Shown: piece by piece, positions 25,376-38,560 of the stretch | How the letters are laid out: every line of letters starts with the position of its first letter | How positions within the stretch are numbered: the stretch's first letter is position 1 | Assembly: GCF_009914755.1 (NCBI RefSeq) | Contig: NC_060944.1 | DNA from: the human T2T-CHM13v2.0 reference genome, Homo sapiens | Reading direction: 5' to 3' (one strand) | DNA: 64,000 nt | The notes under the pieces: generated by a model | Databases searched by the model: none | Told to the model about the DNA's origin: nothing | The model's input: the letters and a program-made list of their open reading frames with translations, nothing else | Translations under genes and position numbers: made by a program

Positions 25376-26659
25376 GTTCTACTTATGCAGAGCATGAGGA
25401 CCTTCACACGGGCGTCCAATACACATACTTCCTCCTCTGCTCACCATCTCACCTAATGGGAAAATGCCTAATATGAAACTGGAGAAAGCTTAGAATGATT
25501 AAAAAAAAAAAAGCATTTTAAGGGAGGAGAGAGGGCATTTGAAAGGGAAATTTCAGGAGGATAATCCTTTTATTTTGTGAAATATATTTTTCAAGTGAGA
25601 ACTGAAGAATAGTCTTGACAAGTTTAGAGAAGATGTAAAACAATTCATATTGCCCCTTTCTTGATGAGTCACTTGGGGTACCATCAAGGTCACATGGAAA
25701 GATTTTATAAGGGTTAGAATCAGTCCATTTTTAAGACTAGCCTATCTTGGGCAATAGATAATAGAGGTGGCCTGGTTATAGGGCAAGGCATGAAAAACTA
25801 GAGAGAAACTTAATGGATGACAGAGTCATTCAGATGTCATTCATTATATTTAGGCTCTTATGAAGGTCAGATGGACCAGGAGGGTCTGATATCCTGGAAG
25901 ATATCAGTTTGGTATTGCAACACTAAGTAAAAAGCAAGTTTCATAAGAGGATGGCCAGACAATGGGCTCTGGGTTCAAGTGTTAAGGAGTAACGGTTAAA
26001 AATGATGTACACTTCTGAAGAATGGACTCGCATTTAGGTAGTTGAAATTTTATGAAAGAGGAGTCTTAAGTTTGGCAGGCTTGAGGATAGCCAATGTTTA
26101 AATAGAGTACATGTAAAAAATGACCTAAGAGAGATTATCAGGTACCAGCTCCTCATTCAGACAGCTTTAGTCAGAAGTAGTGTGGCCTGAGGATAGGTTG
26201 TGGTTTCTACCTGACTCATTAACTTATTTAATAACTTTATCAGGTATACATTTTATCCATTGCTAAAGACACAATGCAAAGATGCCAAGATTGAGAACCT
26301 ACAAGAGGGGCATGTTGCTGAGAACCTGAAAGAGGGTCGTGCTGCTGAGACAGTGCATAAGGATGCTCCAACAGACCTCCCAATGTGAAATGAAAGTGTC
26401 AAGCCATCTTTAAAAAGGTGAGAACCTCTAGGACTAAAAAAAGGACTTGTACAAGAATTTTCATAATAGCCTATTTGTGAAAGCCCAAAACATGATAGGC
26501 AAGGTGTCCATCGGCATAAACCTGATAAACAGTCTATGGGATGTCCCTACAAGGAAAGCTACTCAGCAGTAAAAGACTAGAACTATTGCTATGTGCACCA
26601 ACAAGGATCAATCTTGAAAACTATGCTTAGTGAAAGAAGCTCTGCCTATGTTCTTTCCT

Positions 26660-28190
26660 GGTCAGTCTCTACCTTGACACCACCAGAGGCAATAACTGTT
26701 CTGTGTCCTTCACTCAGCGTGATGTTTTTGAGATTTATCCGTGCTAATACTCTATGACTACATGTTTGAGTAGTTTATTATTTTTGTATTCCTGAGTGGT
26801 ACTGTATCACATAAATAATCCAGAGATAGTTTATTAATTCTTCTATTGATGGACATCTAGGCTATTTCGAGTGTTTTGCTATTATGAATAAAACTGCAAT
26901 GAACTTTATTGTATAAGTCTTTTTGTGGACATATGTTTTCATTTACCTTAAGTAAATATCTAAGAGACCTTCGAGCACAGGACAAGTCGTATTTAATCCT
27001 GTAGGAAACCACTAGTCCTTCCTCAAATGGTGTACCATTTTACTTTACTTTATTTTTTATTTAGTTTTTGTTGAGCATCCGTTCTCTCAATCACTTATCC
27101 TTTGAGTTACAAACAATCCAATTACACTGTTATTTTAAAATGTACAAATAAGTTATTATTGACTATAGTCACCCAATTGTACTATCAAATAGTAGGTCTT
27201 ACTCATTTTTTCTATATTTTATACCCATTAATTATCTCCATTTACCCCTAAGCCCCCTGTGCCCTTCCCAGCCTCTAGTAACTATCCTTATACTCTCTAT
27301 GTTCGTGAGTTTAATTGTTTTGATTTTTAGATCTCACAAATAAGTGAGAACATGAAATATTTATCTTTCCATGCCTGGCTTATTTCAGTTAATGTAATGC
27401 TCTCCAGTACCATCCATGTTGTTGCAAATGACTGGATCTCATTATTTTTTATTGCTGAATAGTACTCCATTGTGTATATGTACCACCTTTTTTTAATCCA
27501 TTCATCTGCTGATAGGCACTTAGGTTGCTTCCAAATGTTAACTATTGTAAACAGTGCTGCGCACACATAAGAGGGCAGATATCTCTTTGATATGCTTATT
27601 TCCTTTCTTTTGGATATATACCCAGCACAGGGATTCCTGGACTATATGGTAGTTATATTTTCAGTTTTTTGAGGAACCTCCAAACTATTCTCCATAATGG
27701 TTGTACCAATTTACATTCCCACCACCAGTGTACAAAGGTTTCCTTTTCTCCACATCCTCACCAGCATTTGTTATTGCCTCTCTTTCCAATATAAGCCATT
27801 TTAACTGGGGTGATATAATATCTCATTGGAATTTTGATTAGCATTTCTCTGATGATCAATGATGTTGAGCAACTTCCCATATGCCTGTTTGCCATTTGTA
27901 TGTCTTCTTTTGAGAAATGTATATTCAAATCTTTTGCCCAGATTTTTTCCTATAGAGTTGTTTGAGCTCCTTATATATCCCTTGTCAGATGTATAGCTTG
28001 CAGATATTTTCTTCCATTCTGTGGGTTGTCTCTTCACTTTGTTGATTGTATCATTTGCTGTGCAGAAGCTTTTTAAGGTACCACTTTATGCTCTCACCAC
28101 CAATGTATGATTGCTCCACATACTTAGTAATATTTAGTTCTGTCAATCTTTTTGACTTTTGCTGTTTTGGCAAGTGTGTGGTGGTATTTC
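26660..28190 (-). mobile_element. Nested L1s: L1MA-type 3' end (about 27045-28077) inside an older L1M
   Basis: Antisense ORF remnants similar to ORF2 C-terminus (27327-27566: AALFTIVNIWKQPKC...MEYYSAIK); L1MA 3' UTR ttacaaacaatccaattacac; older L1 resumes after gtaccactt. Confidence 0.8.
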
Positions 28191-28194
28191 GTTG

Positions 28195-28580
28195 TGGAGA
28201 ATACTATTCTTAAATGTATGCATTAAAATACACAGATTTATAAAGAAAAAGCAGCTATCTTGAAAAATATCCAAGTATTTTAAATACTTGAAATACAGAA
28301 TTGTGTATGCTTTTCTATCAATATCAAATGACAAGATGTAGCATGAGACCTATTAATTTTATATTTTTGAAGCTTTAAGGAGCATTCATAGAATTTCAAT
28401 ACAGTTGACATAACTGCATTGATATGAAACTCTCTGTGGTATCTATTGGTGACCAAGCGAAGGCTATTGCTACCACCACTCTGTTATTCATAATAGAACG
28501 AAATGCTAAATTTCAGATAGGAGTCAGTAAAAATGAAGTTGGACATTTTTTCACTGAAATTTACAAACCCAAAGACTCTT
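28195..28580 (+). mobile_element. hAT-Charlie (Charlie1-like) fragment
   Basis: tctattggtgacc...aaatgctaaatttcagataggagtcagtaaaaatgaag resembles the recalled Charlie1 terminal region. Confidence 0.5.
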
Positions 28581-28854
28581 GTGCACAGTCTTTAAAAACA
28601 TTTATTAGAGAGGATGATAAAAATAGGAACTCTTGGTTTCTATCTAATTCTGAGATTCTAGGCTGTTTGAAGCAGCCAACTCTAAGATAAAGGCATCGAG
28701 TGACTTGGACAGAAAAGATGGCTCAGGGGCAATTATCAAGGAAGAAGGTTGTTCCCAGAAGGCAGACAGATGGCAAGGCAGAAAGAGGCAGGACTAAGGG
28801 AAGATGGAAGAGCAACAGCAGAGATGATGAAGGAGACAAATCTCATGCTCTAAC

Positions 28855-29035
28855 ATAGTGGTTTGCCACCATATCTGTTCTTTAGAATCATCTATGACAA
28901 TTTTGAAAAATGAAAATAAGTGTCTTGGTTTTACTCCTAGAGATTTGATCCAATAATGTTGGTGGGGCCTGGAAAATAGCATTTTAAAAAAAGTCATTGG
29001 TAGCTTAAAGGAACATTGGTGGTTGAGAACCATTA
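28855..29035. mobile_element. MER5B-like DNA transposon
   Basis: tagtggtttgcc...ttagaatcatct...ggtggggcctgg...ggttgagaaccattac. Confidence 0.6.
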
Positions 29036-30067
29036 CTGTAAATAGGAAGTTTGTGCTACGGTGCAACTGACATGTTTGGGCGTGAGGAACAAAACTGGTG
29101 GAACAGAAGGTTAGTGGAGTTAAGGCTGGGAAGCAGATGGGTGATAGGGATGGAGCCAGCAAGAAACTGGGAGACAGGATAGGAGGATGTGCGAGGCTTA
29201 TGTGCTGTCAGGCAGGATTCTTCATAGCCTTAGGCAGAATTCAATCTAGCTGGGCACTCAAGGGAGGGGCTGCTATCATCTTTTGTTATTTGTATGAATA
29301 GTGGTATGAGCTTTACAACAATTCTAGGAGGTCAGGTTAGAGTGTGAGTGCCAATGGCTCACAGGTTCCCAAAGGCACTGGGGCAGAGATAAAATCGATC
29401 ACAATTTCAGCCCATGCGAGAAACACTTCCATAAATCACTTGGTAGATGATGAAAACAAATAATACGTTCCATGATGCATTCACTCTTCTTTGAGTTGTC
29501 CATATGTTGGGTTCACGTGACAGCAGGTTGAAGGTGACATGAGTTCAGATTAAGCCAGACACCATTATACATGTCTGTGACTGAACAGCCCTTTCTCTGT
29601 TCTTGTATTCACATTTCAATTGGTCTTCTTGTTCACTTCTCAAAATATTGTAGTAATGTAGTAGAAATTAAAAGAGCTTAACATATACTTGAACTCAGTC
29701 TGCTATGTTGAAATGAGATGGCAGCTGATGGAGATTTTAAATAGACAGAGCTTTCATCTCTCCTTTCCTCATTTATACTCAGTGCCAGGTGCTAATAACG
29801 CCAGTGTTCAGAAGCATCCAGTTTCCAATAGTGGTATCTAGATTTTTGTCTTCTTGTTCTGTGTCTTAGTTTTTTGGTTTTTTTTTTAAAATTGTTGTTG
29901 CTGTTGTTATTGTTGTTTGCCTGAATGTTTTTGTAGAAACCAAAGGCATCTCTGCCAACTGAACTCAATAAAAACATACCCCCATGACACCAGATTGGCC
30001 TCTGAACATTGAAGCAGATTAAACATTTTGCTACACTCTCTTATATAGTTTAAGGTCAATGGCATGC

Positions 30068-30187
30068 ATATATGTTCAGTTGGCCCTATCTTCTATAATA
30101 TTTAATTATATTATTATAAATATAGTAAGTATTATAATTTTTATTATAATTTTTAATTATAGAAGATAGGGCCAACTGAACATATAT
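30068..30187. repeat. Perfect 32-bp inverted repeat around a 56-bp AT-rich spacer
   Basis: atatatgttcagttggccctatcttctataat (30068-30099) is the exact reverse complement of 30156-30187. Confidence 0.95.
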
Positions 30188-30699
30188 TTTAATATAATTT
30201 GGTTTGTATAGGGAAAACTTAGAGATAAATGAAGATAACATAAAATAATGATAGAACGTTTTGTAATAAACAGATCAGAAAAGGTCTACATATGAGAACA
30301 TTATTCTCAAAACAGTCTTCCTGAGAAACTAATTATATAAGACTGCCATTGTTCAATAGACACCTGGAACTCCTTTCTAGGAACTGCCTCTGGAGCTATT
30401 TGGTTGGTTATAAATTGGGCTCAGGAGGCATATGGGGCCTACCATGTGTGCTTTCTTAGATTCACATGGCCATATCTGCCTGCCAAGCTCCCAGATGCTT
30501 GCTTGGTAGGAAGCTCCAGCTGCCACCATCAGTGGCAGTGCTATCAGCCTCCGCCTCCGCAGGAATAAGGGTGGGGCTCTTATAAGATTTCAACTGAGCC
30601 TTCCACAGTGAGAGCCTCAGGCCAAGAGAACCAATAAGATAGAGACTATGTCTTCTCTCTCCACTTCCAGGCCAAGATGCAGTCTCCACCATTGAGCAT

Positions 30700-31088
30700 A
30701 GGAGTTTGCTTTCTCTACATCCAGAGGAACTAGGTGACACAACTCTGGGGTATGGGAGTGTTACTGCCTCGTGGGAAAAACTTAACTAAAAAGACACAGG
30801 AGACAGGAGGGAGTAACAGATAATTCCAGATCCCTTCTTTCTCTGTTGGACTATTCCAAGGTGTGGCCATTCTTTATGGCATGTCCAGGAAAACCCTGTA
30901 TTTATCAGCAATCAGAGATGTTTTCTTATAAAGTGGTGGCCAGTTTATTAAAGTATAAATACCATGTATTTGCCTTTATTCCTTGCCCTTCCCTTATTCC
31001 TTTGTGCTTACTGTCTTGTGATTGCACCTCCCAAACATTAGCACATAAACTTCATGTTAGTTGTTTTCCAGGGAGCCTGGTCCAAGAC
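30700..31088 (+). mobile_element. ERVL LTR (LTR16/LTR33-like)
   Basis: 3' end gattgcacctcccaaa...tgttttccagggagcctggtccaagac resembles LTR16/33 termini. Confidence 0.5.
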
Positions 31089-31578
31089 TCTAGACTACTG
31101 AATTCTCTTATTTATAAGACTCACTCAACTCAAAGAACAACATTTCCTTGGCATTGAAGAGAGCAAGGAGAATATGCCAGATATGCTAAAATAAAAGTCC
31201 ACAGTGTAGTTTCATAATAGAAACAGTACTGAAAGCAAGATTTGTCCATCTCATGTGTTGGAAAGAAGACCACATAATTTTGGAGTTGCATGCTCTGATC
31301 TGTTTATTTACAACAAACAAACAAAGATACAAATAATCTGCAAATTTTTATCTAAAACAATCTCTCATTTTCTTATTCTGTTAGCCCAATTTTCCTTCAT
31401 AGCTCTTATGAATATCTGGTATTATATTATCTTATCTCTCCTTGTCTCTTATTCATTTACTAGAATGAAAATCCATGTAGAGGTCTTATCTGTCATGTTT
31501 ACAGATTAATTCCTAGCATCTTGAACAGAAGACCTACCATCTTTGAATGGCAAGGTCAGAAGAAATTTAAAATATTTA

Positions 31579-31878
<300 letters not shown>

Positions 31879-33084
31879 TTATTTTAAGCATTCATTTATT
31901 GATTGATTTATTGATTCATGGATTTAATAGACATTTATTGAATACTCATGCAAGCGGACATGTTTCCTAAAATTCCTTCTACAGTAACACTACAAAAGTG
32001 TCTGGGTATATTCCTTGCACATATTTCCTGTGACTGAGAGCTCACTAACCTGAACAGTATGATGTTCTGGTTTCAAGCAGAGCTGATATTCAGTTAATGT
32101 GCACCTAAAAAAAATGAACTAGTTGGTAATATAGTGAAATGCTTTCAGGTAAATAAATAGTAAACTAGTAACTGTGAGAAACTATATAATTAATTTCTAA
32201 TATAATTTCTAATATGCACTCCTTAGTTCAAGTTAATTGTCAAATAGGCGTCACAATGACAATAATTAAATAGATTTTCTGACATTGAGTAATTTGACTG
32301 AGTATGGATATTATTGAATAAAAGAGTATCTCAGACCATGTTAGAAGGGTTAGAAAACTTTGAAAGTAATTATTAGTTCAGCAGAAGCTGCAAGAGGCTT
32401 CTACACCATGAATAGCCTAATTTTGATAAATAGAACTTGTCTATTTAGTGATCCTAAATGTATCTAATGATGTCATGACAGTAGTGGCCACAACAGTATC
32501 AGTTCCTGACAGCAGTGTGGACACAGGTTCTGAGAACCCCATACAACAGCTGACTAGATAATGTGACATTGGTGTGAGGATGTGTGACCCAGACCACTGC
32601 TTTAGAGTGACCCAGAGTTGGCTGTGAAATTGCAAGGAGGCATCAAGGGGCAGGCACTCCAGATCCTGAGTCATGTGGAAAGTGTTGAGTCATATGGAAA
32701 GTGCTGACATCCAGGGGTGGGCCTGGGTGTACCACGAGGTCAGTACTCAGCTGCCCTCTGGATGCAATAAAGCCTGGACATCAATAACCTAATGATTCTT
32801 GACTTCATGGGAGTCAGTGGACCTGCTTTACACCATTTCTATGTCAAACCATGGCTCACATAAGGACGTCATTTAGTTAGAGACCCATATCCGAAAAAAG
32901 ACCACTCCGGAAATTTTTAAAAATTAACATGTGATTTGGAAATTGTTCTAATGTTTCATAAACGTTGAACATCATGACTCGTATGAATGATTATGATGTT
33001 CAGTTAGTAGAGTACTAAAAATTCTACCTATGCTTTTGTCAGTGTTGTAATTTCACTAATACTTTTTATTACTATGGCAATGCT

Positions 33085-33310
33085 TTTTAAAGTTGTTTAA
33101 GACTCATAATAAGTTGCAAAAATAGTGCAAAATTCCTGTGTACCCTTTACTCACCTTCCTCCATTAATAATATCACACATAACCACAGTACAGTGTCAAA
33201 ATGAGGAAATTAACATAGTATCATACTGTTAACTTGATTACAGAATTTGTCCAGATTTTACCAGGACTTACGTGTACTCTTGTGCGTACATGTATGCGTG
33301 TGTGTGTGGT
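33085..33310 (-). mobile_element. L1MB/MC 3'-end fragment
   Basis: aagttgcaaaaatagtgcaaaattcctgtgtaccctttac...aggaaattaacat. Confidence 0.6.
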
Positions 33311-34404
33311 TTACCTCTATTTTTAAGGACTGTCTTTCCTTACAATCTCTATGCCAAGGTCATGGAGTTTTAGCCATTGCTAGGCAGAGGTGGAGCTATA
33401 CATGACTGCGCCCCCACATAATCACATTCCTTTCATTTAAGAATATTCATCCCATATGGAGAAATAGACCATGTTTATTAATCACTCCAGAAAGTATGTA
33501 ATTTCATTAGATCAAGCTCTGTCTCTGGGCATTGACTAATAGAGGGAACGGCTCCCCAGCGACCCAGAACCCCTACGACACGGTCTGTGGAGACCATACT
33601 TTGGGGCCAGCTGCTCAAATGCACTGCTGGAATTCCAGGCAGAAATGTGTAATGGCATGCCAAGGGCTGCTGAGCTGTCATAGTCCAAGCAGGGTTATTT
33701 GTGGCTTCCAAAGAGAGGCTGTAACCTTTTATGGTATCCACAAATCTCAGCCTTCAAGAGTCAGGGAGAAAATGCAACCATGCTGTTTGACCGAGCTAAC
33801 TCTTTCCCCACCTTGCCCCTCTCCCACTCCCACCATCACTCTACCCCCAACCCTGAGTAGTCTGCATAGCTGTCCCAGGGCAAAGAACATGGCATGAGAC
33901 ATTACCTTTAGCATTACCTCAGGGCCAGATAAAATGGCCAGGCATCCCTTCTGATTCAATGAGGGAAAGTCCCAGAAAGTTGTTGACAAAGTAGAAACTT
34001 TCTAATTTGAGGTCCTGAACATTCATTGTTCTTTCTGAGCAAGACAGAAAAGTTTTACTTATTGGCTGGGGTACTTTTAATGGCAGCTGTAGGCCAGGGA
34101 CAGTCATGTCTACACATGTACTCTCTTATCATTGATCAGGCCCATTAGAATGCCAGAGCTAAAGAATATCTCTCCTTTGCTTTGCAGGCACATGGAGAAG
34201 GGTTTCCTGTTGTCCCTTTTGACATAAACACAGTGCTTGAAGTATCTTTTCTGGCAACTTCTCTGATCCACTTGTATGTGTATTCACTTATTTCATTCAC
34301 CAGGAGAGTCAAATGAGTGAAATGGTTACAAATGGTGGCTCTGGAATCAGACAGACTTGGGTTTCAATACTACCTCTAACACTTATTGGCTGTGTGGCCT
34401 TCAT

Positions 34405-34830
34405 ATTAGGATAGAAAGTTCACATGTTGAACTTCTAATCCCCAGTACTTAGAATGTGACTTTATTTGGAGATAGGGTCTTTACAGTTGTGCCCTTTACA
34501 GTTGTTCCTAAGAACACCTAAGATTGGTGTCCTTAGGAAGGGGTGACATTGGAGACAGGTACATATAGGAAGAACACCATAATAATGCGAACTCAGAGAT
34601 TGGGGCAATGCTTTTACAAGCCAAGGAATGCCAAAGATTGTCCAAAAATCACTGGAAGCTAGGAAAGAGGCCCAGAACAGATCTTCCCCTTACTACCCTC
34701 ACATGGTGCCAAGCCCTCTGACCTTGATCTTGGACTTCTAGCCTCCAGGACTGTGAGAAAATAAATTTCTGTTGTTTAAGTCACCACTTAGTATGTGGTT
34801 CTTTGTTACAGCAGTCCTAGCAAGCCAATA
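34405..34830 (+). mobile_element. MLT1B/C LTR inserted into a MIR (MIR pieces at about 34320-34400, 34835-34890, 35090-35150)
   Basis: ctaatccccagtacttagaatgtgactttatttggagatagggtc...ccttgatcttggacttctagcctccaggactgtgagaaaataaatttctgttgtttaag. Confidence 0.85.
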
Positions 34831-34890
34831 TGGCTAGTTACCCAACTTTCTAGAAATTCAATTTTCTTATTCCTCAAATGCAATGACTTT

Positions 34891-35075
34891 AGCAGTGATT
34901 CTCAAAGTGTGGTCCTTGGACAAGCAGCATCAGCATTATCCAGAAACATGTTAGAAATGCAAATTCATAGGTTCCCACCCTAGATTTCCTGACTCAGAAA
35001 TCCTTGGGGTGGGGCTCAGAAGTCTGTTTAAACCAGCTCTCCGGATGATTCTGATGCATGCTTAAGTGTGAAAAC
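34891..35075. mobile_element. MER5A DNA transposon
   Basis: cagtgattctcaaagtgtggtcc...gttagaaatgcaaattc...gatgattctgatgcatgcttaagtgtgaaaac. Confidence 0.85.
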
Positions 35076-35529
35076 TTACGATATTGTAGAAAGGATTCTA
35101 TCAAACAATATATGCAAAGTTCTTAGCATAGTGCCTGACATACAGTAAGATATGACAAACCACAAGACATTTTCAAACACTTATATAACACTTAAGGTGG
35201 TTCAGCATATGGAGGTGTAAAGATCTATAAATTTTGATTTCTCAATAAACTGGCAGAACTCACAACTTTGGGAAAGGCATATTTGCAACAATTAACAAAA
35301 TGCTCTTAGGTGTTATGATATTGTTCCAGATGTATTTTGGGAAGACAGTAGACATAATGGGGCAGTGGAAAATCAGGGCAGAAGGTATCAATAGATAGAT
35401 AAATGATAGCTAGATATGTTTACAGATGATTGATAGAGAGACATAAGCATAGGAGGCAACAAAATATGATTTATTTTTATTAGAATAATGTTTGCTACAC
35501 AATTCTTTTTTCTTTAAACTTGTATTTCT

Positions 35530-35862
35530 GGCTGGGCACGGTGACTCACACCTGTAATCCCAGCACTTTGGGAGGCTGAGGCGGGCAGATCACAAGATCA
35601 GGAGATCGAGACCATCCTGGCTAACACGGTGAAACCATCTCTACTAAAAATACAAAAAAATAAAAAATAAGCCGAGCATAGTGGTGGGTGCCTGTAGTCC
35701 CAGCTACTCGCTACTCGCTACTCGGGAGGCTGAGGCAGGGCAATGGCGTGAACCTGGGAGGCAGAGTTTTCAGTGAGCCGAGATTGCACCACTGCACTCT
35801 AGCCTGGGCGACAGAGAGAGACTCCCATCTCAAAAAAAAGAAAAAAACAAAAACAAAAAAAA
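35530..35862 (+). mobile_element. AluY-like, full length, with internal (GCTACTC)x3
   Basis: ggagatcgagaccatcctggctaacacggtgaaa and aatggcgtgaacc diagnostics; TSD tgtatttct at 35521-35529 and 35865-35873. Confidence 0.9.
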
Positions 35863-36505
35863 TATGTATTTCTAAATTGATTCTCACAACAGATCTGTGG
35901 GAAAAAACACTATAAGGAGAATAAAAATAACACCCAGCTATTAGGGAAATACTATCAATATTTAACATATTATTGTTAGGAAGATTAAATTATACCATGC
36001 ATGTAATATGTTCAGAACAGAGGTAGGCACATAGTTTGCCCTCACGAAATCAAACCTCATTATCATTATTATTATTACATTGTTTTCATTGTTCAAATAT
36101 AGAATGAAATTTCAGAGGGGACATCACTGGTTAAATAAAGATCCTTGTTTCAAGTCCTGTACTAATGGTTTCCATCCTTGGCTATTTCCGCTGTGTTGTG
36201 CCATCTCTCACATGAGATATTGTAAGCTTCTCTTAGCCCCATCACAGTCCTATGATTGCCCTACTAAAATGTCTGCCCCTGAAACTTGTGGATCCTTTTC
36301 AAACACTATACTGGGATATCCCACCTCATTGCTCAGTGGCAGCCTGTTTTGATGTCCAGTGTCCAAAAAAACAGAAGGTCAAGCCCTACGGTTATGAAAC
36401 AGAGACACTGGGAGAAATCTAGATTCCATGCAAGGGTGACACTGACCAAATGTAGTCTTTTCTCTATGGCGTAAATGCTAAGAATGAGAGAGTGAGTTAC
36501 TTAGG

Positions 36506-37026
36506 TGTTGGGAGCAAGCCCCCCAAAATCTGGCCATAAACTGGCCCCAAAACTGGCCATAAACAAAATCTCTGCAGCACTGTGACATGTTCATGATGGC
36601 CATAAAGCTTATGCTGGAAGGTTGTGGGTTTACCCCACAATGAGGGCAAGGAACACCTGGCCCGCCCAGGGCAGAAAACTGCTTAAAGGCATTCTTAAGC
36701 CATAAACAATAGCGTGAGTGATCTTTGCCTTAAGGACATGCTCCTGCTGCAGTTAACTAGCCCAACCTGTTCCTTTAATTCGGCCCATCCCTTCATTTCC
36801 CATAAGGGATACTTTTAGTTAATCTAATATCTATAGAAACAATGCTAATGACTGGCTTGCTGTTAATAAATACGTGGGTAAATCTCTGTTCGGGGCTCTC
36901 AGCTCTGAAGGCTGTGAGACCCCTGATTTCCCACTTCACACATCTATATTTCTGTGTGTGTGTGTGTGTCTTTAATTCCTCTAGCGCTGCTGGGTTAGGG
37001 TCTCCCCTACCGAGCTGGTCTCAGCA
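36506..37026 (+). repeat. 5' LTR (MER9)
   Basis: tgttgggagcaagccccccaaaatctggccataaactggcccc... ends tctcagca; AATAAA at 36865; direct repeat of 42124-42638. Confidence 0.95.
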
Positions 37027-37028
37027 AG

Positions 37029-37046
37029 TGGCTCCATTCATGGGGA
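37029..37046 (+). promoter_or_regulatory. Degenerate retroviral primer-binding site
   Basis: tggctccattcatgggga starts 2 nt after the LTR with TGG; the tRNA species cannot be assigned confidently. Confidence 0.7.
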
Positions 37047-37174
37047 CTCAAATCCAGGTCAAAGGGTTGTCAGAGCAATAGTGGGAACAGAAAACTAGCT
37101 GGAGGACACCCGAGTACTCTTAAAGCAACCCCCGTGGTGAGTAGGAAGGGGAGCTCAGAAGCATCAGGGTAACA

Positions 37175-38560
37175 ATGGGACAGGTGTGGGGTCTGGTTCA
37201 TTTCACCTTGGATCTTTTTCACACTGATGATGAGGAGGAACGAGAGTACAGTGAAGTAATAGAAGAGGTTACAGAGCATGTTTATTTGCCAGCTAAAGCT
37301 AAAGTGGCAAAGGAGGGAGAGGTGCATCCCTACCCTTCTGCACCCCCTCATTATTATTTTGAAGAAAAAGACCCTCCAGATCTTTCTTTTCCAGAGGACA
37401 CTGGGCAAAAAGTAGTTGTCCCAGTGACTGTTTAAGCAGCGCCTCGAGTGACTGCTCTTAGCTCTATTCAGGCAGGAATTCAGCAAGCTAGATGAGAGGG
37501 TTATTTACAGGCTTGGCAGTTCCCTGTTAGAATACACCCCCCAGATCAAAAGGGAAATATTATAGCTACATTTGAGCCTTTTCCTTTTAAATTACTCAAA
37601 GAATTTAAACAAGCTATAAATCAGTATGGACCAGGTTCTCCTTTTGTAATGGGACTGTTAAAGAATGTTGCTGTTTCCAGTCGGATGATTCCTACTGACT
37701 GGGACGCTCTTACTTGAGCTTGTCTAACTCCTGCTCCATTCTTACAATTAAAGTATAAAAACAAACAAACAAACAAAAAACAAAAACAAAAACAAAAAAA
37801 CTTGGTGGGGAGATGAAGCTTCCATTCAGGCTGCTTGCAATGCCCAGGCCCAACCTCAAATTAATGTAACTGCAGACCAACTTTTTGGGGTTGGTGGATG
37901 GGCTGGTTTAGATGCACAACTGGTCATACAGGATGATGCCATAGAACAGCTTAGAGGAGTGTGCATTAGAGCTTGGGAAAAAATCACTTCAGGTGGAGAA
38001 CAATACCCTTCCTTTAGTGCTATAAAACAGGGACCAAAAGAACCATACATTGATTTTATAGCTCGGTTACAGGAGTCTCTTAAAAAGATGATTGCAGATT
38101 CGGCTGCTCAGGATATAGTGTTGCAGTTATTAGCTTTCGACAATGCTAATCCCGATTGCCAGGCTGCTCTGCGACCTATCAGAGGGAAAGCACATTTAGT
38201 TGATTGTATCAAGGCCTGTGATGATATTGGAGGTAATCTGCATAAAGCTACTCTGCTAGTACAGGCCATGGCAGGACTGAGAGTGGATAAGGGAAATACT
38301 CCATTTCCTGGAGCTTGTTTTAACTGTGGGAAGCATGGTCATACTAAAAAAGAATGTAGAAAAATTCTGCGAGTCAGGCCACCAGATAGGGGAAAAAAAA
38401 GAAAACTGTTGAGCCTGAAATATGTCCAAAATGTAAAAAAGGAAAACACTGGGCTAGTCAGTGTCACTCTAAGTTTGATAAAGATGGGAACCCGATTTCG
38501 GGAAATGCCACGAGGGGCCTGTCCCGGGCCCCATTCTAAACTGGGGCATTTCCAGCTCAG
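37175..38560 (+). pseudogene. gag: HML-3 gag, disrupted (most of MA deleted, stops, poly-A insertion, frameshift)
   Basis: MGQ start; capsid MHR-like IKQGPKEPYIDFIARL; zinc knuckles CFNCGKHGHTKKEC and, in another frame, CPKCKKGKHWASQC. Confidence 0.9.

Noticed and set aside
25570-26250. Possible L3/CR1 remnant (also about 32300-32440)
   Set aside because: Similarity too degenerate to call by eye.
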